64,000 nt of DNA from a virus, in the IMG/VR virus record IMGVR_UViG_3300031521_000015. One strand, given 5' to 3'. A program made the position numbers and the translations under genes. This document shows, in pieces, positions 10,558 to 19,560 of the stretch. The stretch's first letter is position 1. Every line of letters begins with the position of its first letter. The notes under the pieces are model-generated. The model saw only the letters and a program-made list of their open reading frames with translations. It searched no databases and was not told the origin of the DNA.

Positions 10558-11789
10558 TGAAAGATTTTAGTAATTACAAAAAGCATATTGAGATTGATAT
10601 GAAAAGTTATAGTGGTAAATTTCATTTTAATGAACAACTAAAACAAGAAGGCACTGATATAAAAATAAATAAACAAAGTAGCCAAATGATAGATGGATTG
10701 GATACTCCTATTAGAGCAATCGTAAGAAATCATGGTAATGAGTATAATGAATTAAAAGAAGAACGTTCTGTAATGATTGATAAAAAGTATAATTATAAAG
10801 TTGGAGATTATATTGAATATTTAGGTGATATATATTTAACCAATGCTTTTATAGATAAAGATAATCCATTTTTTAATACTACTAAAATGACAAAGTGTAA
10901 TTATATTCTAAAATGGATGGATGATGGCATTTTATATCAACAACCTTGCATTATCTATAATAATACTAAATATACAGGTGGAACTAAAGTTCAAAATGGA
11001 TTTACAGAAGTTGATGCTATGGTTAATATAACTATACAAATGAATGATAATACAAGGAAGATAAACTATGGTAAAAGACTATACACTATGAAAAATGCAT
11101 GGCAAGTTACGTTGATTGATAATATTACAACTGGAAATGTTTTTTCATGGACACTTGGTAAAGATAGTATAAATACCAATGACGATATAGTTAATGAAAT
11201 TTGTGATGCATTTTTACATAACTATGCAATTACTTTAAGTTCGAATTCTGAATCAATAGTTGAGACATCTACTTATCAAATAGTTACAAATGTTACTGAT
11301 AATAATGTAAGTGTACCAAACCCTATAATCACATATACTTCATCAGATGAAACTATTGCTACAGTTAATTTAAATGGCTTAGTTACTGCTTTAAAAATTG
11401 GTAATTGTACTATAACTGCAAGTGTGGGTAGTGTTTCAACTAGCCTAGTATTAAATGTTACTGCTAAGACAATAACTCCTGTGATATCTTATGGATATAA
11501 ATTCAGTCAAGGTGTGAGTATCAAACAGTACGTAACTTCAATTTTGACTTGCACAGAGACTACCGATTCTGTAACAACTCCTTTAAATATTTCATGTAGT
11601 TGGGATAGTGTAGGACAATCGTTGATTAGTACTAATAAGATAGTTGTAACAACAAAGAGTTCTTCAAGTATAGGTATTAAAAATGCATTAATTACTTCAA
11701 GTATAGTAGCACATTTAACTGTAACTGATATTGATACTGGTGCATTAATTCTTGACAATGTTGCTATAACATTTGTTAATGGATTATAA
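10557..11789 (+). CDS. Head-tail/closure protein with C-terminal Ig-like (Big_2-type) domain
   Basis: ITYTSSDETIATVNLNGLVTALKIG Ig motif; stop/start overlap with upstream gene. Confidence 0.7.
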   Translation: MKDFSNYKKHIEIDMKSYSGKFHFNEQLKQEGTDIKINKQSSQMIDGLDTPIRAIVRNHGNEYNELKEERSVMIDKKYNYKVGDYIEYLGDIYLTNAFIDKDNPFFNTTKMTKCNYILKWMDDGILYQQPCIIYNNTKYTGGTKVQNGFTEVDAMVNITIQMNDNTRKINYGKRLYTMKNAWQVTLIDNITTGNVFSWTLGKDSINTNDDIVNEICDAFLHNYAITLSSNSESIVETSTYQIVTNVTDNNVSVPNPIITYTSSDETIATVNLNGLVTALKIGNCTITASVGSVSTSLVLNVTAKTITPVISYGYKFSQGVSIKQYVTSILTCTETTDSVTTPLNISCSWDSVGQSLISTNKIVVTTKSSSSIGIKNALITSSIVAHLTVTDIDTGALILDNVAITFVNGL

Positions 11790-11919
11790 AACAAATTAAT
11801 ATAATAAGGAATTGATAAAACAGAACTTTTATTGGGTTTTTAAGTTTTGAGAATGTGGCTATAGGCTAGGTGTAGAAAATTAAAATTAATTAAAATGATG
11901 GAGGTGATAGTAAATAATT

Positions 11920-12480
11920 ATGAGTTTAGATAGTTTTAAGGTATTTAAAGATTACATAAGAAAAATGGTTCTTGAGGATAGTGAATTACAAAAACTCATT
12001 TACTATCCTTACTCAGATGCACTTGATAGAGCTGATTTAGAAAATCCCTACGATATATTTTCAGAAGATACTGCAACAAATAGTAGTAATGGTGTGCATG
12101 GAGTCTTATTGTTTAAAAGGCAAGCAGATATTATCATGAACGCAGAAATGCCATTGGTTCTAATATCTTTTGAAACAACAAAGAGAAGTAAATATATATC
12201 AAATGTTTATATTATATGTAAAATAATATGCAAAGGAACAAATATTCAAGAATTAAATGATGGTAGTAGTAGGATTTATAGTATTAAAAGAAAAATTAAT
12301 GATAATCTTGAAACAGCTAATATAAATAATATTGGGGAATTTACTGAGAACTCTTTTCAAGAACTTTCCATTAACAGTGAAAATGATGCCATGTTGTTGA
12401 TGTATAAAGGGTTCGGAACTAATGCAGAAATATCATCGAATAAAAATTATCAACTTAGAAAGTATGGTAAAACATTATGA
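11920..12480 (+). CDS. Putative tail terminator/completion protein
   Basis: Synteny; GGAGGTG RBS. Confidence 0.5.
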   Translation: MSLDSFKVFKDYIRKMVLEDSELQKLIYYPYSDALDRADLENPYDIFSEDTATNSSNGVHGVLLFKRQADIIMNAEMPLVLISFETTKRSKYISNVYIICKIICKGTNIQELNDGSSRIYSIKRKINDNLETANINNIGEFTENSFQELSINSENDAMLLMYKGFGTNAEISSNKNYQLRKYGKTL

Positions 12481-13355
12481 TTACTGAAATAAATGATTTA
12501 GATAATTATTTTATGAGACCACAATTTATTGAAGGTATGGGTAATATATATCCTATTAGTATTTTTGACCATGACGTATTTTCTAAGTTAGCAGGCAAAT
12601 ATATCACACAAGGTATTACTACATTGCATAATTTATATAAGGTTAATAAAAAAACTAACGTGTTAGATTACTTTGTAAGCACATCGTTAAAAATGGATAA
12701 GGAAATTGAATATTTAAATAATATAAAACAATATACTCCTATTAATGAAGATGAACAGTCTAAATATAATGAGTTAATGCAATTGCTTAACTTATATAAT
12801 AGTGGACAGGTAATGACCTATTCAATATATGAATTAGAACAACTATTTTCTTTATTATTTAAAAAACAAGTAATGTTTAAATGTTTAAGTCAAGAAGAAT
12901 TAAATTATGTTTTTCAAATAGAAAATGATGGTTTATATATTACTAGAGATAATTTTAAAGAATTGCGTGGTATTGTAATGTGGCAAAATCTTCTTTATGA
13001 AATGCCTACATCAAAAGATAAACGAATTAATGAAGAAATTCAAAGAACAATTAAATCTCAAACTAAAGATAATAAAGGTGGAGATTTATGTGCAATGTTA
13101 TCAGTTGTAGGTTCTGAAAGAGGATTATCAGATGAAGAAATATTTAAATATACATATTATAGATTACGATTTGATTATGAAATTATAACTAGAAAAAATT
13201 ATAATATATTTATGTTTATGTTAAGAAGCCAAGGATGTAATGATGCTAAAATAATAGAACTTAGCGAACAGGTGAACCTTAGATTTAATCCTTATGACAT
13301 GATAGTTGGTGATTTTAAAGTTAATTCGCTAGATAAAATATTGCAACAAAAATAA
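12477..13355 (+). CDS. Hypothetical tail-module protein
   Basis: ATGA overlap with upstream gene. Confidence 0.6.
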   Translation: MITEINDLDNYFMRPQFIEGMGNIYPISIFDHDVFSKLAGKYITQGITTLHNLYKVNKKTNVLDYFVSTSLKMDKEIEYLNNIKQYTPINEDEQSKYNELMQLLNLYNSGQVMTYSIYELEQLFSLLFKKQVMFKCLSQEELNYVFQIENDGLYITRDNFKELRGIVMWQNLLYEMPTSKDKRINEEIQRTIKSQTKDNKGGDLCAMLSVVGSERGLSDEEIFKYTYYRLRFDYEIITRKNYNIFMFMLRSQGCNDAKIIELSEQVNLRFNPYDMIVGDFKVNSLDKILQQK

Positions 13356-13427
13356 TAAAGATATTTATTTGGGAAACCAAATTAATAAATAAATTAAATG
13401 AAAAAATTAAAAGGAGGAATAATAACA

Positions 13428-14537
13428 ATGAGTAAAATAATAGAAGACTCTTTAATGAAAGACGTTGTTGAATTTAAAATTGGTCGAGTATTTTTATATG
13501 ACGCTAAGACTAAAATAGAATATGCTACAGCAACGGTAAAAACTTCAGAAATGAATGCAAAAGCAGACCAAATAGAGGTAAAATCAGGTACGGATAACGA
13601 TATAACATATATTATCGATAAACCTAAAACAGTAGTATTTACAATAGAAGACGTTATTCAAGATCAAAACTTATTTGCATTAAAAATGGGTGATGGTATG
13701 AAGGACGCTGACGCTACGGTAGACGGATTTCATATGCCAGAATTATACGCAGTTGAATTATCAGGTGCAGATAAGATTGTAACCTTATCAGAAGAACCAA
13801 AATTAGGGGAAGAAGTTACTTTTACTAATCCAATAACAGGAAATCAAATTGATTCTGTAAATGTAACTCAAGATACAGTAAATAAAAAAGTATTTAAAAT
13901 AGTAGACGCTAGTATTGCAGTAGGAGATAATATTCAAGTTGGTGGATTTAAGTTCATAGGAAAACTTGGAGATAAGTATTTCAATCTAACATCATCTAGT
14001 TCAGTGCCAGAATTATTTGCAGTAGTAGAAATTCCATTAGTAAAACCTGATATGAGTGCATTATGCGATAAATTATATATATTGCCTCGTTGTAAACTAA
14101 GTGCAACTACTGATTCAAAAAATGAGTCCGATCCAAAAGAAGTAGATGCTAAACATGAATTAACAGTAATGAAACCAGTAGGTGCTAAATACTTAGGAAC
14201 TGTATATTATAAATTCCCAAATTCAGTTGCAGATCCAACTCCAATTACTGATTTAACAGGCATATCTACTTTAGCTGGTAAAATTGATTTAACATTCACA
14301 GCACCAGCAGATGCAGATAATATAGAAGTACAATATAAGTTATCAACAGATTTAAATTGGGTTGAAACAAATATAGGAGGAACTACAGGTGTAAGAGTTG
14401 CTACGGCTGTATCTGAAACCGACATTTCTAAAACAATATTAGGATTATCATCGGGTACATATGACGTAAGACTAGTTGTTGACGGTGGATTATATGAAGG
14501 AATAAGTAATTCAGTAACTTCAATTGTAGTAGCATAA
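13428..14537 (+). CDS. Major tail tube protein with C-terminal FN3-like domain
   Basis: AAGGAGG RBS before ATG 13428; C-terminal PITDL..IDLTFTAP..YDVRLVV..SNSV FN3 pattern. Confidence 0.7.
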   Translation: MSKIIEDSLMKDVVEFKIGRVFLYDAKTKIEYATATVKTSEMNAKADQIEVKSGTDNDITYIIDKPKTVVFTIEDVIQDQNLFALKMGDGMKDADATVDGFHMPELYAVELSGADKIVTLSEEPKLGEEVTFTNPITGNQIDSVNVTQDTVNKKVFKIVDASIAVGDNIQVGGFKFIGKLGDKYFNLTSSSSVPELFAVVEIPLVKPDMSALCDKLYILPRCKLSATTDSKNESDPKEVDAKHELTVMKPVGAKYLGTVYYKFPNSVADPTPITDLTGISTLAGKIDLTFTAPADADNIEVQYKLSTDLNWVETNIGGTTGVRVATAVSETDISKTILGLSSGTYDVRLVVDGGLYEGISNSVTSIVVA

Positions 14538-14623
14538 TAAAATTAAAATTAAACAATGAATAAATAGACATCTTTCTAGGTGTCTATCCTTGATTGTTTA
14601 AAAACAAATTATAAATAATCAAT

Positions 14624-14657
14624 TTTACAATAATACCTAAATATGGTATTATTGTAA
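14624..14657 (+). promoter_or_regulatory. SigA-type promoter of cassette B inside a perfect 13-bp inverted repeat
   Basis: TTTACA(14624)-17-TATTAT(14647); TTACAATAATACC 14625-14637 / GGTATTATTGTAA 14645-14657. Confidence 0.75.
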
Positions 14658-14763
14658 TGTAGGATAAATAAGGAAGTCATGAGCCTTATTGAAAAGGAGT
14701 ATTCCGAACTCCCTTCCTATATTACATATAAATCGGAAAATAAATTCAACGGAGGAATTAGTG
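14653..14763 (+). ncRNA. Structured 5' leader, copy B (palindromic loop TCATGA)
   Basis: P1 14653-14664/14715-14726; P2 14667-14673/14684-14690; P3 14696-14700/14708-14712. Loop TTCCGA pairs with TCGGAA 14733 or CGGAGG SD 14750. Confidence 0.8.
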
Positions 14764-16293
14764 ATGGAAGAAAGGGAATATCAACAAATTATTGAACAAT
14801 GGGAACTAGAACATAATGAATTAATTGAAAGTGGAACGTGTAGAAAGATATTTTTAGATGTATTACCTAAATCAAATCACAATGGTGGAAGTATAGATTG
14901 GAAAAATAGCAACGACTATAAAGTATATTTTATAGATAAAAATGTTGCAGGTTATGTAATGATAATAAATTATAGAAGTATTGGACAAGAACTACAAATA
15001 TCTTATCTACAAGATATATATAAAATAAATACAGGAGATTTTACACAATGTAAATTAGGGAATATAGTTGGTACAAAAACAAGTAATTTTAAATATAAAA
15101 TTGGGCAAATAATAAAAGATAATAAAAGAGATATAACAATAACCGATTATAAAAATGAAAAAGGAAAAAGTAAACTTTATAAATACAAATGCAATACGTG
15201 TGGATTTGATTGTGGAGAACATTATTCAATAAGAGATAAGGAATATAAAGATGAATTTTGGATACCAGAACATAATCTACTTAGTCGAGATACAGGTTGT
15301 GCTTGTTGTAATAGTACAATTATAGTAAAAGATATAAATAGCATATCTAAAACAAATCCAGAAATGGCGAAGTTCTTTTTAAATATTGAAGATACTTATA
15401 TTCATAGTGAATGTAGCAATAGAAAAGTATATGTAAAATGTAAAGAATGTGGGAAAATAAAGAAGAAAAAAGTTTCTGTAAATTCTTTTGTTTCAAATGA
15501 AAGTATTGGTTGTGAATATTGTGGCGATGGGAAAAGTTACGCTGAAAAATTCATGTTTAATATTTTAACTCAATTAAATATAGAATTTATTCCAGAGTAT
15601 TCTCCGGATTGGATAGGCAAAAGAAGATATGATTTTTACATTCCATCAATGAATTTAATTATAGAGATGGATGGTGGTTGGCATGAAAATGACAACAAAA
15701 TGAGTGGACAAAGTTCTAAGGAGTCAAAAGCAATTGATGATTATAAAGAAGAAATGGCTATGTTACATGGAATAAAGAAACCAATTAGGATTAATTGTTA
15801 TTTTAGAATTAGAAAATATGAAAATATAAAGAATAATATACTAAATAGCGATTTAAATTATTATTTTGATTTAAATAAAGTTGATTTTAAGAAAGCTGAT
15901 GAACAATCTCATAAGCCAATAGTAAAAGAAGCTTGTGAATTATGGAATAGTGGGATTAGAAGTACAGGGGAAATAGGTAAGATTTTAAAAATATCAAGTT
16001 CATGTGCACTTAGTTATTTGAAGAAAGGTAAAAATCTCGATTGGTGCGATTATACTGTAGAAGATAGTGAAAAATTCAAAATAGAACATATTAGAAAAGT
16101 CACAAAAAACAATTGTAAACCAGTTGAAATATTTAAAGATAATATAAGTCAAGGAATATTTCCATCAGCACAAGAATTAGATGAAAAAAGTGAAGAATTA
16201 TTTGGAGCAAAGCTAAACTTTTGTAAAATATCAGCAGTATGCCGAGGTAAAAAGCCACAATATAAAGGATATACTTTTAAATTTGTAGCCTAA
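14764..16293 (+). CDS. Free-standing putative homing endonuclease (Zn ribbons, PD-(D/E)XK-like nuclease, HTH, NUMOD1-like tail)
   Basis: Multiple CxxC, RYDFY..IIEMDGGWH, C-terminal ISAVCRG..YKGYTFKF. Real start GTG 14761 or ATG 14764 after GGAGG. Confidence 0.75.
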   Translation: MEEREYQQIIEQWELEHNELIESGTCRKIFLDVLPKSNHNGGSIDWKNSNDYKVYFIDKNVAGYVMIINYRSIGQELQISYLQDIYKINTGDFTQCKLGNIVGTKTSNFKYKIGQIIKDNKRDITITDYKNEKGKSKLYKYKCNTCGFDCGEHYSIRDKEYKDEFWIPEHNLLSRDTGCACCNSTIIVKDINSISKTNPEMAKFFLNIEDTYIHSECSNRKVYVKCKECGKIKKKKVSVNSFVSNESIGCEYCGDGKSYAEKFMFNILTQLNIEFIPEYSPDWIGKRRYDFYIPSMNLIIEMDGGWHENDNKMSGQSSKESKAIDDYKEEMAMLHGIKKPIRINCYFRIRKYENIKNNILNSDLNYYFDLNKVDFKKADEQSHKPIVKEACELWNSGIRSTGEIGKILKISSSCALSYLKKGKNLDWCDYTVEDSEKFKIEHIRKVTKNNCKPVEIFKDNISQGIFPSAQELDEKSEELFGAKLNFCKISAVCRGKKPQYKGYTFKFVA

Positions 16294-16343
16294 TAACTTA
16301 AACCAAGCAATAGAAAATTAAATAACTAAACACAAAACAACCT

Positions 16344-16375
16344 AAGGCATCTTATTAATTAAGGTGTCTTTTATT
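16344..16375 (+). terminator. Intrinsic terminator after cassette B
   Basis: AAGGCATCTTA/TAAGGTGTCTT stem plus T tail. Confidence 0.75.
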
Positions 16376-16421
16376 ATACCTAAAATGAAATACATTAATA
16401 ATATAAAGGAAGTGACAATAC

Positions 16422-16868
16422 ATGGCAGATTTTAATAGTCTAGAAGCATTCTATTCTCAATTACAAACGAATGTAGGAGAAATATTAAGAGATGAAGCAG
16501 AAAAAATAAAAGGAATTATACAAGACTATGTTATAACTGTTATCTATAGTTCATATTCTCCTCAAGTCTACTCTAGAACGTCAGAATTGTTAAATTCGAT
16601 TATAATTGATTATAAAATAGTAGGAAATGAATATATAGCAGAAATAAAACTTGATCCAAGTGCTATGCAATCTCCTTCAAACTCAGAAAATAAAAATCCT
16701 TTACCAATTACAGATATTGCAGAGATGTTTGCAGAAGGTCTAGGGTATAAAAGAGGTGGAAAAGAAATGGATATGATTGGAGATACTTATGAAAATTATG
16801 TGGTAACTGGAGATGCAATTAAAGATATTATTAGTATGCTAAAATCAAAAGGATATGATTTTTCATAA
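16422..16868 (+). CDS. Putative tail-completion/neck protein
   Basis: VY..Y.P.VYSRT.ELLNSI motif typical of siphovirus tail-completion proteins. Confidence 0.55.
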   Translation: MADFNSLEAFYSQLQTNVGEILRDEAEKIKGIIQDYVITVIYSSYSPQVYSRTSELLNSIIIDYKIVGNEYIAEIKLDPSAMQSPSNSENKNPLPITDIAEMFAEGLGYKRGGKEMDMIGDTYENYVVTGDAIKDIISMLKSKGYDFS

Positions 16869-16931
16869 AACGATAACAACATAAATTGTTCATTTTAAAG
16901 GAATATAATTATTAAAACAAATTAATATAAA

Positions 16932-17010
16932 TATGTATTGACTTTATAAAGCGATGGTATTATAGTATAAATATACCAATTAACAAATTAATATATAAAG
17001 TCAATACATA
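16932..17010 (+). promoter_or_regulatory. SigA-type promoter flanked by perfect 17-bp inverted repeats
   Basis: TTGACT(16938)-17-TATAGT(16961); IR 16932-16948 / 16994-17010. Confidence 0.7.
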
Positions 17011-17205
17011 ATTTTCAAAGACGTATATTTTAATGGTGATTCCAACACCAAAATTTATTTAGAATACATGCAATGAGTAATTTATGACTAAGGGTAGCTC
17101 CCTTAGTCGGATTATTCTAACTAAATAAACAGTAGAAATACGATTAAAGTATATGCAGAAACGCATGTATTAAGAATAAATTAAAATAAAAAGGAGTTGT
17201 TTTGA

Positions 17206-18177
17206 ATGGAACAAAACAAAATTATCAAATTATTTACAGAAGGAAAAGTACAAGTAAAGGAGCGAGAATTTACAAAAGTATTAGGTGGATTTTCTGAGTC
17301 GAGTCCAATTATTACTGATAGACAAATTGCAGAATTATTAGAATATGCAAAAGGAGCTAGAAGTGTAAGGCAAAGATTGTCCGATAATTTACAACATTTT
17401 GAATTTGGAGTTGATATTTTAGATTTAAAATCTAGTGTCCCACAGCAGGACACTACAAAGGAAGCATTGAAAACACTAGGTTATACAGATCAAGCTATTA
17501 ATTTAGCTAAAAATATTTATGTATTTTCTGAAGCAGGATTTTTATTATTTTTAAAATTTGCAGAAGGAGATAAAGCAGTAGAGTTATATAAAGATTTCAT
17601 TGAAGATTATTTTAAAATTAAGGCAGAGAACATTGTTATGGAAAAGACTTTACAAGAAAGTAAAGAATCTTTTATAGAAGAAAGAAAATATATATTAGGT
17701 AGTGTAATAATGGAATCTGATACTTCTAAGAAATTAGTATTATTAGAAAGAGATAAAAAATTAGAAGAACAAATTAAACAAATAGATATAACTTTAGCAA
17801 AAGAACAATTAATGGAACAAGTACAAGATAGTTTAGCTATCGCAGATAGATTTACTAACTCAAATAAGTTATATGACGTAGGTGAATTTAGTAAGATATT
17901 AAATATTCCAAAGTTTGGACGTAATAAATTATTTGAATGGATGAGAGATAATAAAATATTAAGAGCAAATAATGAACCTTATCAAAATCAAGTAGACATG
18001 AACCATTTTAAGGTTATACCAATAGAAGGAAACAGATTTGCTGATTCAAAAACACTAATAAAATCACAAGGCATTTCTTACATAATTAAAAAGTTGATTA
18101 AAGATGGTAAAATACAATCTAAATCTTATGAAGATATTATAAAGAATATAGATGAGAACTTGAAAGTTGCTAATTAA
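17206..18177 (+). CDS. Phage antirepressor (ORF6N-like N-terminus, KilAC/ANT C-terminus)
   Basis: GGF..IAEL..LSDN..HFE.GVDILDLK; YVFSEAGF; GRNKLFEWMRDN..NEPYQ. Confidence 0.82.
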   Translation: MEQNKIIKLFTEGKVQVKEREFTKVLGGFSESSPIITDRQIAELLEYAKGARSVRQRLSDNLQHFEFGVDILDLKSSVPQQDTTKEALKTLGYTDQAINLAKNIYVFSEAGFLLFLKFAEGDKAVELYKDFIEDYFKIKAENIVMEKTLQESKESFIEERKYILGSVIMESDTSKKLVLLERDKKLEEQIKQIDITLAKEQLMEQVQDSLAIADRFTNSNKLYDVGEFSKILNIPKFGRNKLFEWMRDNKILRANNEPYQNQVDMNHFKVIPIEGNRFADSKTLIKSQGISYIIKKLIKDGKIQSKSYEDIIKNIDENLKVAN

Positions 18178-18214
18178 AAATAAATTAATATATAAATAGG
18201 AGTAGTGATAAATA

Positions 18215-18391
18215 ATGAATAATCAAAAATGGGATAAAGAATATCCAACACAATATTTAAAAGAAGTTGACTTTTTAACTGAAAAGGGATTTAGATGGGC
18301 TTTTGTTAAAACTAATGATTTTGGTGTAAGAATTTATAAGTATACAAAGTCAAAGGAATTGTTTAAAGCATTAAGTGAATTTTATAACTAA
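18215..18391 (+). CDS. Small protein, 58 aa (MNNQKWDKEY...), absent from ORF track
   Basis: AGGAG RBS, open frame, then terminator; positional counterpart of 43637..43819. Confidence 0.7.
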   Translation: MNNQKWDKEYPTQYLKEVDFLTEKGFRWAFVKTNDFGVRIYKYTKSKELFKALSEFYN

Positions 18392-18413
18392 ATTAAAATG
18401 ATTAAGACAAGTT

Positions 18414-18442
18414 AGAGATAGTTTTATAGCTATCTCTTTTTG
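18414..18442 (+). terminator. Intrinsic terminator
   Basis: AGAGATAGT/GCTATCTCT plus TTTT. Confidence 0.7.
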
Positions 18443-18481
18443 TTGTGCAAAAATAATTGATTGATAGGAGAAGCGATAAAT

Positions 18482-19222
18482 ATGGAGAAAATAAATAAAA
18501 AGCAATTAATGGACATTTTAGGTGTTAAAGATCGAGCATTAACCGTTATAGAACAAAGAAATACATTAGAATCAAGACTAGATGAAAAAGGATATAAATT
18601 GATTAATAAAACAAAAGAAGGCAGAAGTAATACATATGAAATAGAGAAGATAAATGATAGTAAGAAATTATTAAATGATATCTCAAAAATTATGTTTGGA
18701 ACTAAAAATGATTACTCTTTTGGTGACTATTTTATGTATAGATTATTTAATATTAATAAACCAATTACAAAAGAAATGTTATCTAAATGGTGTAAAGTTA
18801 ATAGAAAAACAATAACTAGGTGGGATGAAAAAATGTTAATGAATAATATATTATCAAAAGATGGTTATTTTTATATTGCTATGGAATTTGATAATGATAA
18901 GAAACCTACATACAGAATAACATGCAAAGAAGAATATTCTTCTTATATTAAATGTAGTAGATTCGCAAATAAGAAACAGGAAATAGCACAAAAATATAAA
19001 AAAGATGAAATTGATTATGATACTATGCAAATGCTAATGGATAGTGTTACTGCATATGCTCAAACTATTGAAGATAAATTCGTATATAGAGTTAGTAAGT
19101 TTCAATTGCAAAAGGAAAATCAACTATTTAAAGATATTTATAAATTAATTACTGATACATATGAATCTAAGAAGTTTAATGAATATTATATTGATTGGCT
19201 TGAAAGTGTTAAAGAAAATTAA
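18482..19222 (+). CDS. HTH DNA-binding protein, possibly replication-initiator-like
   Basis: KKQLMDILGV and KEMLSKWCKVNRKTITRW HTH-like segments; AGGAG RBS favours ATG 18482. Confidence 0.55.
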   Translation: MEKINKKQLMDILGVKDRALTVIEQRNTLESRLDEKGYKLINKTKEGRSNTYEIEKINDSKKLLNDISKIMFGTKNDYSFGDYFMYRLFNINKPITKEMLSKWCKVNRKTITRWDEKMLMNNILSKDGYFYIAMEFDNDKKPTYRITCKEEYSSYIKCSRFANKKQEIAQKYKKDEIDYDTMQMLMDSVTAYAQTIEDKFVYRVSKFQLQKENQLFKDIYKLITDTYESKKFNEYYIDWLESVKEN

Positions 19223-19528
19223 TACATGCACATTATGCCTCGTATTAATATAACTAGTAAGGTCTATAATGTGCATATATAAAATAAATTAAGAAAAATC
19301 ATACTTGGATTGTGAGGTACGAACAAGACAAAATTGAGTCCCTTTAGGGACGCCTTAAGGCAGGGCGTATAGATATTAAACATCATTTAGTGAATATATA
19401 AGTCTTGTAGCTAACGCTACGCTTTCTTCCACCTAACGGTGTCAGATAAATTTATTTTCTAACTCCGTAAACTTTACCTTTTTTAAAATATAAAGGTGAA
19501 AATTATAAATAATTTCAACAAAATATGT

Positions 19529-19560
19529 AAGACTAGAATTAACTTCTAGTCTTTTTGTTT
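19529..19560 (+). terminator. Terminator at convergence with XRE gene
   Basis: AAGACTAGAA/TTCTAGTCTT plus T run. Confidence 0.7.

Noticed and set aside
14689-14763. ORF-track starts at 14689 (also 6189, 13398, 18461, 42698)
   Set aside because: These upstream extensions run through leaders or RBSs; better SD-linked starts lie downstream.
14538-16421. Endonuclease genes as group I intron or intein passengers
   Set aside because: The flanking genes are complete, the cassettes are intergenic with their own promoters (and mostly their own terminators), and I saw no intron core or intein motifs.
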